From an uncultured Aminicenantes bacterium (lineage in GTDB: Bacteria > Acidobacteriota > Aminicenantia > UBA2199), in assembly GCA_965195285.1 (NCBI GenBank), contig CBDAFS010000040.1, positions 32,791 to 96,790 on the forward strand: 64,000 nt of DNA, read 5' to 3'. The stretch's first letter is position 1; each line of letters opens with the position of its first letter. Of the stretch, positions 60,143 through 64,000 are shown in pieces. The notes under the pieces were generated by a model. It had not been told where the DNA came from, ran no database searches, and was given only the letters and a program-made list of their open reading frames with translations. The translations under genes were made by a program, and so were the position numbers.

Positions 60143-61486
60143 CTACATCATTTTTGATAAAAAGTCAAATTTTCTCAGCATCTTTCTAAAAAACGGCTTT
60201 TTCATATACTTCTTCATCTCAACATATTGTTTCAGCAGTTGATTCACTTCCTGAACCGTGCGGCCCGAGCCCCTGGCTATTCGCAATCGTCTTCTTCCAT
60301 TAACAATCTTAGGTTTTTCCTTCTCTTTTTTCGTCATTGAGCTAATGATGGCAATCAAGTACTTGATTTTGTTATCATCAATCTGGGGGTTGCTTTGCCC
60401 CGTATTCATTCCCAAATTAGGGGCCATATTCGGCAACATACCCATGATATCACTCATGGATCCAAGCTTTTGAACCTGCTTCAACTGAGACAGAAAATCA
60501 TCCAGGGTAAATTCATCTCTCAACATTTTTCGAGCTGTTATTTCAGCTTGTTTCTGGTCGAATTTATCTTCCGCTTTCTCAATCAGGGTTAACACATCGC
60601 CCATTCCCAGAATTTTTGAAGCTATTCTATCGGGATAAAATTTTTGGAAATCACTGTTTTTTTCACCTATACCCACAAATTTTATCGGTTTTCCGGTAAC
60701 CTTCACGATCGATAAGGCTGCACCACCACGGGAGTCTGCATCCAGCTTGGTTAGTATAATGGAATCAATTCCTATTTCTTCCGCAAAAACAAGAGCAGAA
60801 TTTACTGCATCCTGACCGGTCAGAGAATCAGCCACAAATATCACTTCAGTTGGATTTAAATCCCGCTTAATCATCTTCAATTCAGTCATCAGGTCATCAT
60901 CGACATGAAGCCTTCCGGCAGTATCGGCGATTACATAATCATATCCATATTCTCTGGAGACAGAAAGCAGTTTTTTAACAATTTTTTTTATTTTATCCCC
61001 TTCAGTCTTGAAGTAATTCACCCCAACATCCCGAGCAATTGTTTCAAGTTGTTCTCCTGCGGCAAACCTCTTCAAATCAAGCGAACACAAAAGAGAAGAG
61101 CTTCCTGCTTCCTTCAAATGGAGAGATAGTTTTCCGGCTGTTGTGGTCTTTCCCGTGCCCTGCAGCCCCACCAGCATGATAATGGATGGCTTTAAGGCAG
61201 ATTGATTTAATTCTTTGAATTCAGAACCGAGTAATGTCTCCAATTCCGTTCTGACTATCTTTATAACTTGCTGATAGGGAGTTAAACTTTCCTGTACTTC
61301 TTTCCCCAGAGACTTTTCCCGGATATTTTCAATAAATTCTTTTACGACTTTAAAATTTACATCGGCCTCTAACAATGACAGTTTTATTTCCCGTAAGGCC
61401 TGTTTTATATTATCTTCTGTGACTTTTACTTCACCTTTAAGATATTTAAAGACACTGGTAAATTTTCCGCTTAAATTATCAAACAT
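60143..61486 (-). CDS. ffh: Signal recognition particle protein Ffh
   Basis: GLQGTGKTT, DTAGR, TKLDADSRGG and RIARGSG motifs. Confidence 0.98.
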   Translation of the reverse strand: MFDNLSGKFTSVFKYLKGEVKVTEDNIKQALREIKLSLLEADVNFKVVKEFIENIREKSLGKEVQESLTPYQQVIKIVRTELETLLGSEFKELNQSALKPSIIMLVGLQGTGKTTTAGKLSLHLKEAGSSSLLCSLDLKRFAAGEQLETIARDVGVNYFKTEGDKIKKIVKKLLSVSREYGYDYVIADTAGRLHVDDDLMTELKMIKRDLNPTEVIFVADSLTGQDAVNSALVFAEEIGIDSIILTKLDADSRGGAALSIVKVTGKPIKFVGIGEKNSDFQKFYPDRIASKILGMGDVLTLIEKAEDKFDQKQAEITARKMLRDEFTLDDFLSQLKQVQKLGSMSDIMGMLPNMAPNLGMNTGQSNPQIDDNKIKYLIAIISSMTKKEKEKPKIVNGRRRLRIARGSGRTVQEVNQLLKQYVEMKKYMKKPFFRKMLRKFDFLSKMM

Positions 61487-61609
61487 GTTTACCTACTCTC
61501 AATTTTAACACAAATGGGCCCTTCAATAAACCCGAAGGGATTTTCAGGACCTAAAATATGATAGGAAAATCAAAAGGGATGCGAGGATCTAAATACAGTC
61601 AAAAAAGCA

Positions 61610-62086
61610 CTATTTAGCTTCCTTGATCCTTGGACCATAGGTAAATAGACCGTTTGAAAAAATGATATCATTCTCAAAATGATTCAAAGAAGTCACATCA
61701 TAAACTCCATTTTGTGACCAGTTCACGGTTCCGTCCCCATGTTGTCCGCCGGATCCGAGTGAATAAGAATCCCCGTCCTCTCCGGTACCGTGGGTATAAG
61801 CAAATATATTACCCCACCCATCCCTGAAGGGGATTTTTTTCATATAAAATGGCACAAACCAGTCCACATTCAGGTTTGAAATATTATTGGAAATATTGGG
61901 TGCAATAGATAGATCGATAATATACGCCTCAATGGCAGTCCCCACCAGTTTCATGTCCGCCATGGTTGTTTTTTGCTTGCCTTTTTGAATGGCAATCATC
62001 AAATTGGGAATTGCCAGAGCGGCAATGATTCCGATTATCGCCACAACTATTAATAATTCCACCAGTGTAAAGCCGGTTGGTTTCAC
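61610..62086 (-). CDS. Prepilin-type (GspG-like) pseudopilin or pilin
   Basis: G^FTLVELLIVVAIIGIIAALAIP and DGWGN..Y motifs. GTG 62086 follows GGAG. Confidence 0.9.
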   Translation of the reverse strand: MKPTGFTLVELLIVVAIIGIIAALAIPNLMIAIQKGKQKTTMADMKLVGTAIEAYIIDLSIAPNISNNISNLNVDWFVPFYMKKIPFRDGWGNIFAYTHGTGEDGDSYSLGSGGQHGDGTVNWSQNGVYDVTSLNHFENDIIFSNGLFTYGPRIKEAK

Positions 62087-62121
62087 TATAATCTCCAAAT
62101 TGGTACTCTGGTAATAATGTA

Positions 62122-62138
62122 TACAATTTTCATGCCAA
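62122..62138 (-). promoter_or_regulatory. Putative sigma54 promoter of the pilin gene
   Basis: TTGGCAT-GAAAA-TTGTA: correct -24/-12 spacing, with C>T at -12. Confidence 0.5.
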
Positions 62139-62287
62139 TTTTAAATGTTGATATAATGCGATTTCAACAAAACCCAGGAAACATGTTGACAAATTCTGTC
62201 ATTAAAAGCACAAAATATTGTTATTCCCGGGAATCCCGATTAATCACCTGAACCCTCAACCATTTTCAACTATACTTTTTATAGCAG

Positions 62288-62818
62288 CTATTTTTCAATA
62301 CCCAATCGGGCCGAAACCTGTTTATCATAGTAGTGCTTGACATTTTTCATATCGGTGATGAGATGAGCCCGTTTTAATATTTCTTCAGGGGCATTTCGCC
62401 CGGTCAAGATCAATTCAATATCATCGGGTTTGGCATCCAATATTTCAAGCACCAGACCTATATCAATAATTTTAAAATTAAGTAAAATGTTAATTTCATC
62501 CAGGATAATGATGTCGTATTCTCCTGATTTCAACACACTTTTCACAGCATCAAGGCCTTCCAGTGCAGCCATTCTCTCTTTATCGGTCACCGGATCTCCC
62601 TTAAAATGAAAATCAGGTAACCCGAATTGTTGAATATTAATATAATGGGACAAATATTTTCGGATGACAATCAATTCCCCGTATTCTCCCTTTTTCATAA
62701 ACTGGGCAATATAACTTTTTTTCCCTCTGCCTGCTGCCCGGATGGCAAGACCGATTGCAGCAGTGGTTTTCCCCTTCCCATCTCCAGTATAAACCTGAAT
62801 ATATCCTTTTCTCCTCAT
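62288..62818 (-). CDS. cobO: Cob(I)yrinic acid a,c-diamide adenosyltransferase
   Basis: YTGDGKGKTTAA, QFMK, ILDEI and LTGR motifs. Confidence 0.95.
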   Translation of the reverse strand: MRRKGYIQVYTGDGKGKTTAAIGLAIRAAGRGKKSYIAQFMKKGEYGELIVIRKYLSHYINIQQFGLPDFHFKGDPVTDKERMAALEGLDAVKSVLKSGEYDIIILDEINILLNFKIIDIGLVLEILDAKPDDIELILTGRNAPEEILKRAHLITDMKNVKHYYDKQVSARLGIEK

Positions 62819-62927
62819 TTAACCAGTATAACAGACCACACCTGATTTACAATAACCCCTTATCCTTGACAATATCTATCCTTTCACTTATAAATTAAAT
62901 ATTCAAGTTATTCAACTGGAGTGGAAC

Positions 62928-64000
62928 ATGTACAAAAAAACTATATCTTGGGGGCTTTTCATTCTTTTTATTTTTTTCACACTCCCTTATTTAGAATCGA
63001 ATAATGGAAAATTCCATCAATTAACCATGAACCGGGAAATCGCCTCCAAATTTGCATCCATGGCTTTGAGATGTATTGAAAAAGAGTATCCCAACAAACC
63101 GTCGCATGTGATGAACAATGAAAAAGAAGTATGGAATCCCAGAATTATGCATCCGGTTTTTTACGGATGTTTTGACTGGCATTCAGCTGTACACGGACAT
63201 TGGATGTTAATTCGTCTCCTGAAGAGATTCCCGGATCTGGTGGGCAGCCAGAAAATCAGAAATGCGCTGAATCGGAATTTGCAGAAGAATAAAATTCTCA
63301 AAGAAGTTGAATATTTTCAACAAGAAGGCAGAAAATCCTTTGAACGGACCTATGGCTGGGCATGGTTACTTAAATTGGTAGAAGAACTGGATGGCTGGAA
63401 TGATAAGCAGGCAAAAATATGGCGACACAATTTGATACCTCTTGAAAAAGAAATCATTAACCTGTATCTTGAATTTTTTCCCAAACAAACCTATCCGATC
63501 CGTACCGGTGTTCACCCCAACACAGCATTCGGACTATCCTTTGCTCTGGATTACGCCAGGCAGCTAAAAAACCATGAATTGGAAACCTTAATCATTGAAA
63601 GAAGCAAAACCTACTTTAATCATGACAAAAACTGTCCGGCTTCCTGGGAACCCGGCGGCGAGGATTTTTTCTCCCCATGTCTGATGGAAGCCGACCTGAT
63701 GAGGCGAATCCTGGAGCCGCGTATGTTTATCAAATGGTTTCAGGAATTTTTACCGGATATGATTAACAGCAAACCCAGAATTCTTCTCGAACCTGCCATT
63801 GTCACTGACCGGAGTGATGGTAAACTGGTTCACCTGGATGGTGTAAATCTGAGCCGTGCCTGGTGCATGAAACACATTGCAGGGGTTTTCCCCGAAAACC
63901 ACCCTATTCGAAAAATTCTCATTCAATCGGCTATCAAACACGCCACCGATGCCCTGAATAATATCTCCAGCGGTGACTATGCAGGAGAACACTGGCTGGC
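62928..64000 (+). CDS. DUF2891-family secreted protein (partial, runs off the window end)
   Basis: Manual translation: EYPNKPSH...HPVFYGCFDWHSAVHGHW...SFERTYGWAWLL...GVHPNTAFG...GEHWL. Confidence 0.88.
   Translation, partial: MYKKTISWGLFILFIFFTLPYLESNNGKFHQLTMNREIASKFASMALRCIEKEYPNKPSHVMNNEKEVWNPRIMHPVFYGCFDWHSAVHGHWMLIRLLKRFPDLVGSQKIRNALNRNLQKNKILKEVEYFQQEGRKSFERTYGWAWLLKLVEELDGWNDKQAKIWRHNLIPLEKEIINLYLEFFPKQTYPIRTGVHPNTAFGLSFALDYARQLKNHELETLIIERSKTYFNHDKNCPASWEPGGEDFFSPCLMEADLMRRILEPRMFIKWFQEFLPDMINSKPRILLEPAIVTDRSDGKLVHLDGVNLSRAWCMKHIAGVFPENHPIRKILIQSAIKHATDALNNISSGDYAGEHWL

Noticed and set aside
62045-62056. 12-bp match (AACTATTAATAA) to the attI-like repeat core
   Set aside because: It lies inside the pilin N-terminal coding sequence (ELLIVV), with no upstream promoter module or cassette boundary; likely chance.

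Overview
Bacterial chromosomal window, AT-rich (roughly 40% GC by eye). The fused LptF-LptG, the Ser-type DapF and the many secreted peptidases suggest an anaerobic diderm, possibly Acidobacteriota/Ca. Aminicenantes; this is an inference only. Most of the window is housekeeping: nusA-infB-rbfA-nrnA-truB, ffh-rpsP-khpA-rimM-trmD, serC, dapF, degP, an amidase, mtnA, ftcd, cobO, a complete Pho regulon (phoB-phoR-porin and pstSCAB-phoU) with 11-bp-periodic TTAAC boxes, and two ECF sigma loci. Two things stand out. (1) Three dispersed minus-strand platforms, each a sigma70 promoter followed by TAATA-G^TT (about 26380-26438, 37626-37691 and 38561-38626). Each is directly followed by a likely integron gene cassette: higBA with an intact attC, a DUF2179 gene, and a racemase with complementary core sites. 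No integrase is present in the window, so this looks like a distributed integron. (2) A locus made of an ECF sigma, a 779-aa membrane-anchored protein of about 70 nine/ten-residue repeats arranged in 93/111/120-aa super-repeats with two in-frame starts, a hairpin, and a secreted gluzincin metallopeptidase-like gene. No rRNA, tRNA, CRISPR array or transposase was recognised.
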